64,000 nucleotides of DNA from an uncultured bacterium (GTDB lineage: Bacteria; Hydrogenedentota; Hydrogenedentia; Hydrogenedentales; Hydrogenedentaceae), in NCBI GenBank assembly GCA_937124615.1, contig CAKZKR010000043.1:1615-65614 (forward strand), read 5' to 3'. This document shows, piece after piece, positions 1-9,145 of this stretch. The notes under the pieces were generated by a model. That model saw only the letters and a list, made by a program, of their open reading frames with translations, had not been told where the DNA came from and did not search any database. Made by a program: the position numbers and the translations under genes. How positions within the stretch are numbered: position 1 is the first letter of the stretch; each line of letters begins with the position of its first letter.

Positions 1-62
1 GAAACCCAATCTGATGCTTGTGAAAACACGGATACACTCATAATAAGAATAAAAATACCCAT
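1..62 (-). CDS. 5' end of a probable secreted protein, truncated by the window start (MGIFILIMSVSVFSQASDWV...)
   Basis: ATG at 62 on the - strand preceded by purine-rich AGGAAGAAGGG; signal-peptide-like hydrophobic start; frame open to the window edge. Confidence 0.45.
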   Translation of the reverse strand, partial: MGIFILIMSVSVFSQASDWV

Positions 63-215
63 ACCCTTCTTCCTTTCTATAAATTTAAATGTGTTCTAAA
101 ATACATTCGCAATTGAGGTATTATTATCACTCAATTCCACAAAATAAAACAACTCTCACTTCTTCCTTCTTTCAAACTACCCCATTTAATTTAATAGAGC
201 ATATTTTATCTAATT

Positions 216-455
216 TTACATTCGTATTCTGCTTACATTCTTTGCAAGCAATCCCTTCGGGCCCTGTACCAGTTCGAAACTTATTTTCTCACCTTCGCGA
301 AGAGTACGAAAACCTCTCATACGGATTTCGGTGTGATGGACGAATATATCCTCGCCCAATTCGTTAACAATAAAACCATAACCTTTGCGGTCATTAAACC
401 ATTTTACTTTTCCGATATATCGGATTCCAGATGGGGTAGATACGGCCTGGTCCAC
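216..455 (-). CDS. cspA: cold-shock protein (CspA family)
   Basis: GKVKWFN..KGYGFI (RNP1) and DIFVHH (RNP2) motifs; GTG start uncertain. Confidence 0.93.
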   Translation of the reverse strand: MDQAVSTPSGIRYIGKVKWFNDRKGYGFIVNELGEDIFVHHTEIRMRGFRTLREGEKISFELVQGPKGLLAKNVSRIRM

Positions 456-741
456 TGCTATAATCCTTCTATCTAGTTGATTTTTTTGACCTTATAAATT
501 TATCTATTCACAATACTTCAAAGAGAAGTTTTCTGCTAATATTTTACATTATTAATACATATATTTCAAGCATATTATTATAATAATATAAAAATTATGT
601 AATCTGTTCTTTTATAACAAATTCAAATTTTTTTATTTACTACATAAAAGAAGTAAAGAGTGGTATTTTTTCTTTTATATCTTTTATAATCATTTGTCAC
701 TATATTGTTTACTGCTTTTTTACAAACAGGAAGGAACTTTT

Positions 742-1713
742 ATGCGAGTTTTAGTTACAGGTGGAGCAGGATTTATCGGTTCACATTTATGTGAATACCT
801 AACTCAAAAAGGAGACGAGGTTATTGTTCTTGATGATTTGAGTACGGGAAAGTTTGAAAATATTGAACATATTCGTGGTGTAAAATGTATTATAGATTCT
901 ACACTAAACCAAGACATTGTTCGTGATTTGGTAAAAGATGTCGATACTGTTTTTCATTTAGCAGCAACCGTAGGTGTAAACTTAGTCATTAATCATCCTA
1001 TCCAGACTATTGTAAACAATATTCGCGGGACAGAAACTGTCCTGGAAGAGACTTGTCGTTATCGTCGTTCACTACTTATAACTTCAACAAGTGAGGTATA
1101 TGGCAAAAGTTTAAAGGAAGTTTTTGAAGAAGAGGATGACCAGATAATAGGACCTCCCCATCGACATCGCTGGTGTTATGCAGCATCAAAAGCAATTGAC
1201 GAATTCCTCACCCTTGCTTACTGGAAAGAGAAACGACACCCCGTATATATTGTTCGACTGTTTAATATTGTAGGACCGCGTCAAACAGGCCAATACGGGA
1301 TGGTATTGCCCAATTTTATTACACAAGCACTCAAGGGAGAACCGCTTCACGTGTATGGAGATGGTCAACAGACTCGCTCTTTTGCTTATGTAGGAGATGT
1401 AGTTCCCGCACTGGTCCAGATTATGGAACGACCGGATTTATGTGGCAAAATATTCAATTTAGGGAATGATAAAAGTGTTCGAATCATAGACCTCGCTAAT
1501 AAGGTAATCGAACTCACAAAGAGTTCCTCTACCATCCAGTTAATTCCTTATGAAGAGGCCTACCCTGAAGGCTATGAAGATATGCGACATCGTGTGCCTT
1601 GCTTGAAAAAAATAAGGCAGGCTATTGGATATACTCCTCATACGCCCCTTGAAACTATTATATTAAAGGTAACAGAGTATATTCAGAAAAAGCTGAATAG
1701 CCGGGAGATATAA
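742..1713 (+). CDS. NAD-dependent nucleotide-sugar epimerase/dehydratase (extended SDR)
   Basis: MRVLVTGGAGFIGSHL, TSTSEVYG, YAASK; ATG 742 follows AGGAAGGA RBS. Confidence 0.9.
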   Translation: MRVLVTGGAGFIGSHLCEYLTQKGDEVIVLDDLSTGKFENIEHIRGVKCIIDSTLNQDIVRDLVKDVDTVFHLAATVGVNLVINHPIQTIVNNIRGTETVLEETCRYRRSLLITSTSEVYGKSLKEVFEEEDDQIIGPPHRHRWCYAASKAIDEFLTLAYWKEKRHPVYIVRLFNIVGPRQTGQYGMVLPNFITQALKGEPLHVYGDGQQTRSFAYVGDVVPALVQIMERPDLCGKIFNLGNDKSVRIIDLANKVIELTKSSSTIQLIPYEEAYPEGYEDMRHRVPCLKKIRQAIGYTPHTPLETIILKVTEYIQKKLNSREI

Positions 1714-1845
1714 AGTTTGTATTATCCAAATTTCTATTGACCGTTTTATATAACGGTTTCAAAAAAAGAGTAAAGGTTTTAGATCCCCATATAGTCTTTT
1801 ATTTCAAAGAGTAAAATTTAATATCACCAGATAAAGTAGATAAAA

Positions 1846-3207
1846 ATGAAATATGTTTATATAAAAACATTCGGTTGCCAGATGAACGAACATGATAGTG
1901 CACGGATGGTTTCTATCCTTAAGCAATTCGGTTTCTCTTGCACAAATACGCCAGATGAAGCACATCTTATTTTAATCAACACCTGTTCTGTTCGGGAAAA
2001 CCCAGAAAATAAAGTATATAGTCTGTTAGGTACATTACGACCCATAAAAAAGAAAAGACCTGAGACAGTGATTGCGGTTTGTGGATGTGTTGCTCAACAG
2101 GAAGGGAACCACATTTTAGAACGGGAACCCGCAGTGGATATTGTAATAGGACCCGACCATTATTTTGAACTACCAGAACTTATTGGACGTGTTCAAAACG
2201 GCGAACGAATCTGTCTAACACAACGGACATATCCCAAACCCCCTGTATTTGATTTTATCCCGGATGAATGGCTTGAAAAGGGACATCGTGAAGGGGTAAA
2301 GGCCTATATCGCTATTAGCAAAGGTTGTAACAATGCCTGCAGTTTTTGCATTGTTCCACGCACACGAGGACGAGAAATATACCGCACCCCTGAAAATATC
2401 CAGAAAGAAGTGACGGCTGTCATTGCAGAGGGAATTCGAGAGATATGGTTATTAGGACAAAATGTAAATGCATATAAATTTCGGGATGATTATCGTTTTG
2501 TTCAACTCTTAAGTGATGTCTCCAATATAAAAGATGTGTGGCGAATCCGTTTTACTTCTCCTCATCCCCATGACTGGAACAAAGAGTTGACGGACTTGAT
2601 TGCAAATCGCAAGAATATTGCACGACATATCCACTTGCCTTTACAATCAGGTTCAAACCGAATTTTGAAACTTATGAGAAGAAGACATACTATTGAACAA
2701 TACATTGAGCATATTGAATACTTGCGTAGTAAAGTTCCGAAAATTGAAGTTAGCACGGATTTAATTGTTGGTTTTCCAACAGAAACGGATGAGGAATTTG
2801 AGGAAACACTGAAAGTTGTTGAACAGATAAAATTTAGTCAGATATATCCATTCAAGTATTCACCCCGTCCCGGCACTTATGCGGAGAAGTTAGGAGATAC
2901 GGTCCCGAGAAAAACGAAGGAAGAGCGTTTAGCACAAATAATTGAATTACAAGAAAAAATTAATCAATCATCCATGAAACAATTAATAGGTACAGAACAG
3001 GAGGTATTGATTGAGGAAAAACATCCACGAGATGATAACTTCTGGAATGGCAGAACCAATTCATATCGTTCTATAACAGTACTCGGAAAGGGTTTGCATA
3101 TTGGAGACCTGATATATGGACGCGTTACAGGTTTTCGTGGACACTGGTTAGAAGCAGAATATATCAGAACAATAAAAATTTCGCCCTTAAATAAATTATC
3201 ATATTAG
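1846..3207 (+). CDS. miaB: tRNA-2-methylthio-N6-dimethylallyladenosine synthase MiaB
   Basis: TFGCQMN, NTCSVRE, GCVAQ, radical SAM CNNACSFC, C-terminal TRAM-like region. Confidence 0.93.
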   Translation: MKYVYIKTFGCQMNEHDSARMVSILKQFGFSCTNTPDEAHLILINTCSVRENPENKVYSLLGTLRPIKKKRPETVIAVCGCVAQQEGNHILEREPAVDIVIGPDHYFELPELIGRVQNGERICLTQRTYPKPPVFDFIPDEWLEKGHREGVKAYIAISKGCNNACSFCIVPRTRGREIYRTPENIQKEVTAVIAEGIREIWLLGQNVNAYKFRDDYRFVQLLSDVSNIKDVWRIRFTSPHPHDWNKELTDLIANRKNIARHIHLPLQSGSNRILKLMRRRHTIEQYIEHIEYLRSKVPKIEVSTDLIVGFPTETDEEFEETLKVVEQIKFSQIYPFKYSPRPGTYAEKLGDTVPRKTKEERLAQIIELQEKINQSSMKQLIGTEQEVLIEEKHPRDDNFWNGRTNSYRSITVLGKGLHIGDLIYGRVTGFRGHWLEAEYIRTIKISPLNKLSY

Positions 3208-3220
3208 AAGGAATATCGCC

Positions 3221-4729
3221 ATGAATATTTCTGTCATTTATCCTCAATCGAAAATAGAATGGAACTGGAACTCGGCCCTATTAATACCCATCTATGAAAA
3301 CCACCTTCCCGTGGAATGTTCCTTACTTACGGAAGAACAGGAATTAGCGATACAGGCAATGATAGACCGCGATTTATTTCACGGTAAAGAAAATGAGATT
3401 TTATTTGTCCCTTTTATAAATGCGTCCTTTGCAGGAACCATTCTTGTGGGATTGGGTCCTCAAGACAAAATTGAGTTAGAAAAGGTCCGTAGAATTTCAG
3501 CAAAAGTTACCGAGTGTACTAAAACAAATAGAATCCAGATGTTAATTTGTGATTGGGAACAAATGCGAACAGAATACATAATTCCTTTTATTGAAGGGGT
3601 TATGTTGAGCCAATATGTTTTTGAACAATACAAAAATTCCGATACTATACACAAAGATAAACCTACACAATTAACTCATATTAAATTTATTGTGTCAAAG
3701 GATAAGGATATTTCTGACCTTCAAAATCAATCCAATCAAACTGTTATAATTTGTAATGCAGTTTCTATGGCTCGTTCATTGATTTGCTCTCCTGCAAATG
3801 AGTTAACACCTCAATCCTTCGCAGATATAGCACAAGATATTTGTCAGAAAATTCAAGTTAAAACTCAGATTTTAAATAAAGGTTTATTAGAAGAGAAAGG
3901 ATTAAACAGTATCCTCGCCGTAGGTAAAGGATCAAAAAGGGAGCCATTATTACTTATTCTTGAATACAACACCAAGTCTGCGATAGAAAAACCTGTGGCT
4001 CTTATTGGTAAAGGGGTAACTTTTGACACAGGAGGCATTTGCTTAAAACCGCGAGACGATATGCAGGATATGCGATATGACATGTCGGGTGCAGGTGTTG
4101 TTTTGGGTACCGTCTGTACCCTTGCTGAATTAAAAGCCGATGTGTCCGTGGTCGGAGTTATTCCATTAGTGGAAAATATGCCCGGTGGTTCAGCATTACT
4201 ACCGGGAGATATTATCAAAACATACAGCGGGAAAACTGTAGAGGTGCTTAATACGGATGCTGAAGGACGATTAATTTTAGCCGATGCTATCTCATATGTA
4301 CAGAAAAACTATTCTCCCTCACGAATTGTAGATATTGCAACCCTAACGGGAGGATGTATAATAGCATTGGGACATTTTTCAGCAGGGCTTATCTCTAACA
4401 ATGGTGATTTGTCTAATGAATTAATAAAAGCGGGTCAAGAGACAGGGGAACGACTCTGGAAACTTCCACTCTGGGAGGATTATGATAAACTTATACAATC
4501 TGACTTTGCAGATATTGCCAACATAGGTCCTAAATCAGAAGCCTCAACAATAGTAGGAGGTGTTTTTTTAAAACAATTTGTGGTGAATAATATTCCATGG
4601 GCCCATATTGATATTGCTGGAACAGCCTGGGGTGTAAAACATATCCCTTACTGGGATAGTAAGTATCCTACGGGTTTTGGCATTCGATTACTAACTCACT
4701 GGATATTAAGAAATTGTAAACAAATATAG
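3221..4729 (+). CDS. pepA: leucyl aminopeptidase (M17)
   Basis: GKGVTFDTGG, DMSGA, NTDAEGRLILAD, WAHIDIAGT. Confidence 0.93.
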   Translation: MNISVIYPQSKIEWNWNSALLIPIYENHLPVECSLLTEEQELAIQAMIDRDLFHGKENEILFVPFINASFAGTILVGLGPQDKIELEKVRRISAKVTECTKTNRIQMLICDWEQMRTEYIIPFIEGVMLSQYVFEQYKNSDTIHKDKPTQLTHIKFIVSKDKDISDLQNQSNQTVIICNAVSMARSLICSPANELTPQSFADIAQDICQKIQVKTQILNKGLLEEKGLNSILAVGKGSKREPLLLILEYNTKSAIEKPVALIGKGVTFDTGGICLKPRDDMQDMRYDMSGAGVVLGTVCTLAELKADVSVVGVIPLVENMPGGSALLPGDIIKTYSGKTVEVLNTDAEGRLILADAISYVQKNYSPSRIVDIATLTGGCIIALGHFSAGLISNNGDLSNELIKAGQETGERLWKLPLWEDYDKLIQSDFADIANIGPKSEASTIVGGVFLKQFVVNNIPWAHIDIAGTAWGVKHIPYWDSKYPTGFGIRLLTHWILRNCKQI

Positions 4730-4746
4730 AAAAAAGGCAGAGATTT

Positions 4747-5193
4747 ATGAGAGTTCTACTTATCTCATCTGTTTGTATTCTTACTTTAATACTTATACTT
4801 CTGGGTATAAACCCCCAGCCAATATTTCAAAGAGAAGGGACAAATGATAACTTAGAGATAGTCCTTTTCAAAAAAGCGACCGGAAATATTTCAAAATTAA
4901 GGGCAATTATTGAGAATTGCGCAAAAGTTTCTTTAGAAGATACTGAAACTGTGGAGAATGAGGGGGAAACAATTTCAATAGAGCAGAAAATCCTAAAAGA
5001 ATTGGAATTGATAGTGGCTTACCAGAATAAAGTAATAGCAAAATACAAATACGACGAAACACAAAAAAAATCGATAAAACGCGAAGTATCATTAGCAGAT
5101 GTCCAAAAGGCATACAGGGAACTTGAATCGGCAGAACTATATCTTTCACGATTGCTTGAAACATACCCTCAGGGAACAGAATTACTAAAATAA
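4747..5193 (+). CDS. hypothetical protein with N-terminal membrane anchor
   Basis: 148 aa ORF in operon context with a hydrophobic N-terminus. Confidence 0.65.
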   Translation: MRVLLISSVCILTLILILLGINPQPIFQREGTNDNLEIVLFKKATGNISKLRAIIENCAKVSLEDTETVENEGETISIEQKILKELELIVAYQNKVIAKYKYDETQKKSIKREVSLADVQKAYRELESAELYLSRLLETYPQGTELLK

Positions 5194-5218
5194 TTCATCA
5201 AAAAGTTGTCTTCTTTTT

Positions 5219-6529
5219 ATGAAACATGTGCATATACATACACTTGGTTGTCGATTAAATCAAGCAGAATCTGATGTAATCCTCCAGAAACTTTATGAGT
5301 TGGGCTATGAAATTGTTCCCAAAGATACCCCTGCGGACCTATGTGTTATACATACTTGTGCTGTAACTCATGAAGCAGAAGTAAAATGCAGGAAAGTTAT
5401 CCGTCAAACCATACGGCAAAATCCAGATGCTGAAATTGTTGTAATCGGTTGTTATGTCGAAAAAGATATAGAAGTACTAAAAAACATACCCGGAATAGAC
5501 CTTATCGTTGATAATAAACGCAAAATGGACTGGTTCTCTCACATAAAAAGCGAAAAGCAAAGTTCCCCTTCCCTTTTAACAGGAACCCAATGGAACTTTC
5601 CCTCATTAAATAATTGCCTTTGTGCAATGCCTGTTTCTATTCCGGGTTTTCACCGTGCAAACATCAAAATTCAGGAAGGCTGTAATAGTTATTGTTCTTA
5701 TTGTATCATCCCTTACCTCCGCGGTCCTTCCCGTTCACGAGATGTAAAAGAGATATTGCAAGAAATAGGTTGGCGGGTTGATGCGGGAGTAAAAGAAATT
5801 GTTCTAACAGGTATTAACATAGGAGATTACAGTTTTGAAGGTAAAAATTTAATAGACCTATTAGACATGATCAACAAACAATTTGGTAATCAAATACGAA
5901 TCCGATTAAGTTCCATTGAGATTAACTCGTTAAATAAAGAATTTCTTGTCCGAATGCAAGATAATCAATATCCCCTTGTCCCATACCTTCATATTCCCCT
6001 TCAATCGGGCTCGAATACAATATTAAAACAAATGAATCGCAAGTATACCCGAGAAGTTTATCAAGACTTCGCTATGCAAGCGATAACTACGGTGCCGGAT
6101 ATTGGGATTAGTACAGATATACTTGTTGGATTTCCCGGCGAAACAGATGCATTATTCAATGAAACAGTAGAATTTCTTGAACATCTCCCTATATTTTTCT
6201 TACATATTTTCCCATATTCACCACGGGAAGGGACTCCTGCTTATTCTTTTACGGAACAAATTCCAACTCTTGAAATTAACCGTCGAGTTGATTTATTAAT
6301 TAAATTAAGTAAAAAGAAAAGGAATTTATTTTACAGAAAATCGCTTAATACTATAAGAGAAGTATTGTTTGAAACAAAGGAAAAGGAATATTGGCAAGGA
6401 TATACGGATAACTATATTCGTGTCCTGACAAAAAGTTGTGAACCCTTAGAGAACAAACTATGCAATATACGATTGGACAATATTTCTATAGACCACATGA
6501 ATGGTACCGTTATAAATATACTCCGTTAA
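5219..6529 (+). CDS. mtaB: tRNA (t6A37) methylthiotransferase MtaB
   Basis: TLGCRLNQAES, HTCAVT, KIQEGCNSYCSYCIIP, LHIFPYSPREGT. Confidence 0.9.
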   Translation: MKHVHIHTLGCRLNQAESDVILQKLYELGYEIVPKDTPADLCVIHTCAVTHEAEVKCRKVIRQTIRQNPDAEIVVIGCYVEKDIEVLKNIPGIDLIVDNKRKMDWFSHIKSEKQSSPSLLTGTQWNFPSLNNCLCAMPVSIPGFHRANIKIQEGCNSYCSYCIIPYLRGPSRSRDVKEILQEIGWRVDAGVKEIVLTGINIGDYSFEGKNLIDLLDMINKQFGNQIRIRLSSIEINSLNKEFLVRMQDNQYPLVPYLHIPLQSGSNTILKQMNRKYTREVYQDFAMQAITTVPDIGISTDILVGFPGETDALFNETVEFLEHLPIFFLHIFPYSPREGTPAYSFTEQIPTLEINRRVDLLIKLSKKKRNLFYRKSLNTIREVLFETKEKEYWQGYTDNYIRVLTKSCEPLENKLCNIRLDNISIDHMNGTVINILR

Positions 6530-6547
6530 GACAAAAAAGGATACCTT

Positions 6548-7384
6548 ATGTCATCATTAAAAGAACAAGCACTTCAAAAGGAAGCCGAATTAAAGAAATA
6601 TTTGCAAAAATTTAAATCTATTGCAATAGCATACTCTGGTGGTGTGGATTCAACTTATCTTGCGTCTGTCACCCATGATGTTTTAGGGGAACGATGTGTT
6701 CTGCTTATTGCAGACACCCCCAGTTTTCCTCGTGAAGAATTAAAAGAAGCCCTCGAATTAGCAAAGCAACAAGAATGGAATGTTTCAATAATATATCCCA
6801 ATGAATTTCGAGATGAACGCTTTTTAAAAAATGACTCGCATCGCTGTTACTACTGTAAAAGTGAACTTTTTAAAACCATGATAGAATTTACAAAACAAAA
6901 CCGTATTGAAACATTTGCCTGTGGTGAAAATGCGGATGACTTGTTGGACACAACTCGAACAGGAAAATTAGCCATAAAAGAGTTTGGGGTCATCACTCCC
7001 CTGTCGGAAATAGGCATGTCTAAACAGGAAATTCGTATACTCAGTGAAATACGCCATTTACCTACTGCCGATAAACCCAGTTTTGCCTGTCTCTCTTCTC
7101 GAATACCTACAGGAACTCCGATTACTATAGAAGACCTGAAACGGATAGAAAACGCGGAGAAAATATTAAAATCTCTTGGGTTTAAACAGTATCGTGTGAG
7201 AAACCATAAGAATCTTGCTCGTATCGAGGTGGAAGTAGCAGACCTCACACGACTCATTTCCGAACCAGTTCGTTCTAAAGTATTGCAAGAGTTAAAAGAG
7301 TTAGGATATCGATTTGTTACTGTTGATATTGCAGGCTATCGAACAGGCAGTACCGCAGTATCGGACGGTGATATTACTAGATAG
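6548..7384 (+). CDS. larE: ATP-dependent sulfur transferase LarE family
   Basis: PP-loop SGGVDS, RCYYCK, KPSFACLSSRIP, RVRNH...ARIEV. Confidence 0.88.
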   Translation: MSSLKEQALQKEAELKKYLQKFKSIAIAYSGGVDSTYLASVTHDVLGERCVLLIADTPSFPREELKEALELAKQQEWNVSIIYPNEFRDERFLKNDSHRCYYCKSELFKTMIEFTKQNRIETFACGENADDLLDTTRTGKLAIKEFGVITPLSEIGMSKQEIRILSEIRHLPTADKPSFACLSSRIPTGTPITIEDLKRIENAEKILKSLGFKQYRVRNHKNLARIEVEVADLTRLISEPVRSKVLQELKELGYRFVTVDIAGYRTGSTAVSDGDITR

Positions 7385-7385
7385 G

Positions 7386-9116
7386 TCATCGTATTGTATA
7401 TTTTTTCACTGTGGTATCTGAACTTCTGATAATCAACCGTTGATTTTCAGGTGAATACTGAAAATCTTTAACGGGTTCATTGTCTTTCATTATCTCTAAT
7501 GGTTGTTGAGGATATAAAATACGAAGAATATGGGGCTTTCGGACTCCTTCCATTTCAACAGTTAAAACCGGTTTCTCATGGACATTTACGGTCATCTCTC
7601 CTGAATAATCTGGGTAATAAACCTTAAAAGTCGAATTCCCACCTGGATAAATATTTAAGACCAAATATCCTTCCCAGTCCTTTTCTCCAATACCTGTATA
7701 GGAACGACTGATATACATAGGAATAATGGCACCTTCTTTTATAAAAACAGGATACTTATCTATATCATAAGAATCGGTCATTGTCTTTCCTCCCTCAATA
7801 ACCTGTGTATCATTAAACCACCATCTCCATTTCCCTTCTGGAAAAACAACTGTTCTTGCACTAATTTTTTGGTATATGGGAGCAACCAGTAAATAGTCAC
7901 CAAACATATATTGATATTTTCCCTCTTTCAAGGGGCGCATTAAAGGTTTCCCTCCCTCTGACCATTGAGCCACATAACTATACATATATGGCAATAACTC
8001 TGTATGTAGCCATGAATATCGACGGACAAGGTCCAACTCGATGTCCGACCTTTTCCACATTCTCCGTTCGCCATGTCCTCCATTGAGAAACAATCCACAG
8101 AAAGTGGAAAACTGTGTCCAACGAATATACAAATCCGCTGGAATAGGTTCGGCTCCATGATACCCTGCTATATCAGAGCCGACAACACAATAACCTAATC
8201 TCGCACTACGAAGAATACAATAAATGGCCCGTTCCAATCCCCGTTTTTCATAATCCCATTCATGCTTATTATCTCCTACCCAATTAACCGTAGAAGCATT
8301 CAACGGAGCGAAACCTTCAGGATGGGCCCATGGAGTAGGGGAATCTATCGAACGGGCTAATGTAACAAATTCAGGATGTATAGACCGGCCATATTTGAGT
8401 TCTTCACGATAATAATAATCCATATATTTACGAGGAGTCATTATCCCTTTATAACTACGAATATAAAACATAGGAAGAGGACCAAGAGATGTTCTCAATA
8501 AGGTTGCAGAATCGTCTAATTTCCACCCGTCCACACCTAAATCCAATACCTGATTTTGTAATGAACGCCACCACTGCATTGCTTGCGGATTGGTATAATC
8601 AATAAAACCTCCCCTACCTTTCCACCACTTAATCTGGACGCCATTGCCTACCAAAAAACCTTTGCTTTTGGCTTCCTGATAAAAGTGTTCCGCATCCTTA
8701 ATTGCGGTATCCGGATTCTCACTATTAATCATTGGAGTCATCCAGAGTACAACACGAATATTTCGGTCCTGAAAATATTTAAAGAATTCTTTTGGATTCG
8801 GAAACTGTTTTTCATCCACAGTAAAATCATTATAGCGAAGGGACCAGGGACTATCTATCAAAACCGTGCGGACAGGAAAATCATGCTCAACATAACCATT
8901 TATAAGTTCTAATGTAAAATCTGCGGTATTCTGGTCGTCTTCCCAAACCCAGCATTCCAGAACCCATGAAGGGATTTTCGTTCTTTCTATATATCGATAG
9001 TAATTAAGTGGATAAATACCCCAAAAGGGGAAAATAACCCATAACCAAATAAACAGTAAAAACACTACCAGAATAATACCGGCCCATTTCAGGATTTTCA
9101 GTAAAATCTTCAACAC
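7386..9116 (-). CDS. glycoside hydrolase family 31 protein, membrane anchored
   Basis: IDYTNP..WW, GVDGWKLD nucleophile motif, GSDIAGY, YMFGDYLLVAP; N-terminal TM; start codon uncertain. Confidence 0.85.
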   Translation of the reverse strand: MLKILLKILKWAGIILVVFLLFIWLWVIFPFWGIYPLNYYRYIERTKIPSWVLECWVWEDDQNTADFTLELINGYVEHDFPVRTVLIDSPWSLRYNDFTVDEKQFPNPKEFFKYFQDRNIRVVLWMTPMINSENPDTAIKDAEHFYQEAKSKGFLVGNGVQIKWWKGRGGFIDYTNPQAMQWWRSLQNQVLDLGVDGWKLDDSATLLRTSLGPLPMFYIRSYKGIMTPRKYMDYYYREELKYGRSIHPEFVTLARSIDSPTPWAHPEGFAPLNASTVNWVGDNKHEWDYEKRGLERAIYCILRSARLGYCVVGSDIAGYHGAEPIPADLYIRWTQFSTFCGLFLNGGHGERRMWKRSDIELDLVRRYSWLHTELLPYMYSYVAQWSEGGKPLMRPLKEGKYQYMFGDYLLVAPIYQKISARTVVFPEGKWRWWFNDTQVIEGGKTMTDSYDIDKYPVFIKEGAIIPMYISRSYTGIGEKDWEGYLVLNIYPGGNSTFKVYYPDYSGEMTVNVHEKPVLTVEMEGVRKPHILRILYPQQPLEIMKDNEPVKDFQYSPENQRLIIRSSDTTVKKYTIR

Positions 9117-9145
9117 TATTTAACCTTTCATAATGGGTAGGGTAA

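Noticed and set aside
89..367. + strand 92-aa ORF and similar antisense ORFs throughout the window
   Set aside because: they overlap well-supported genes on the opposite strand or frame and show no motifs
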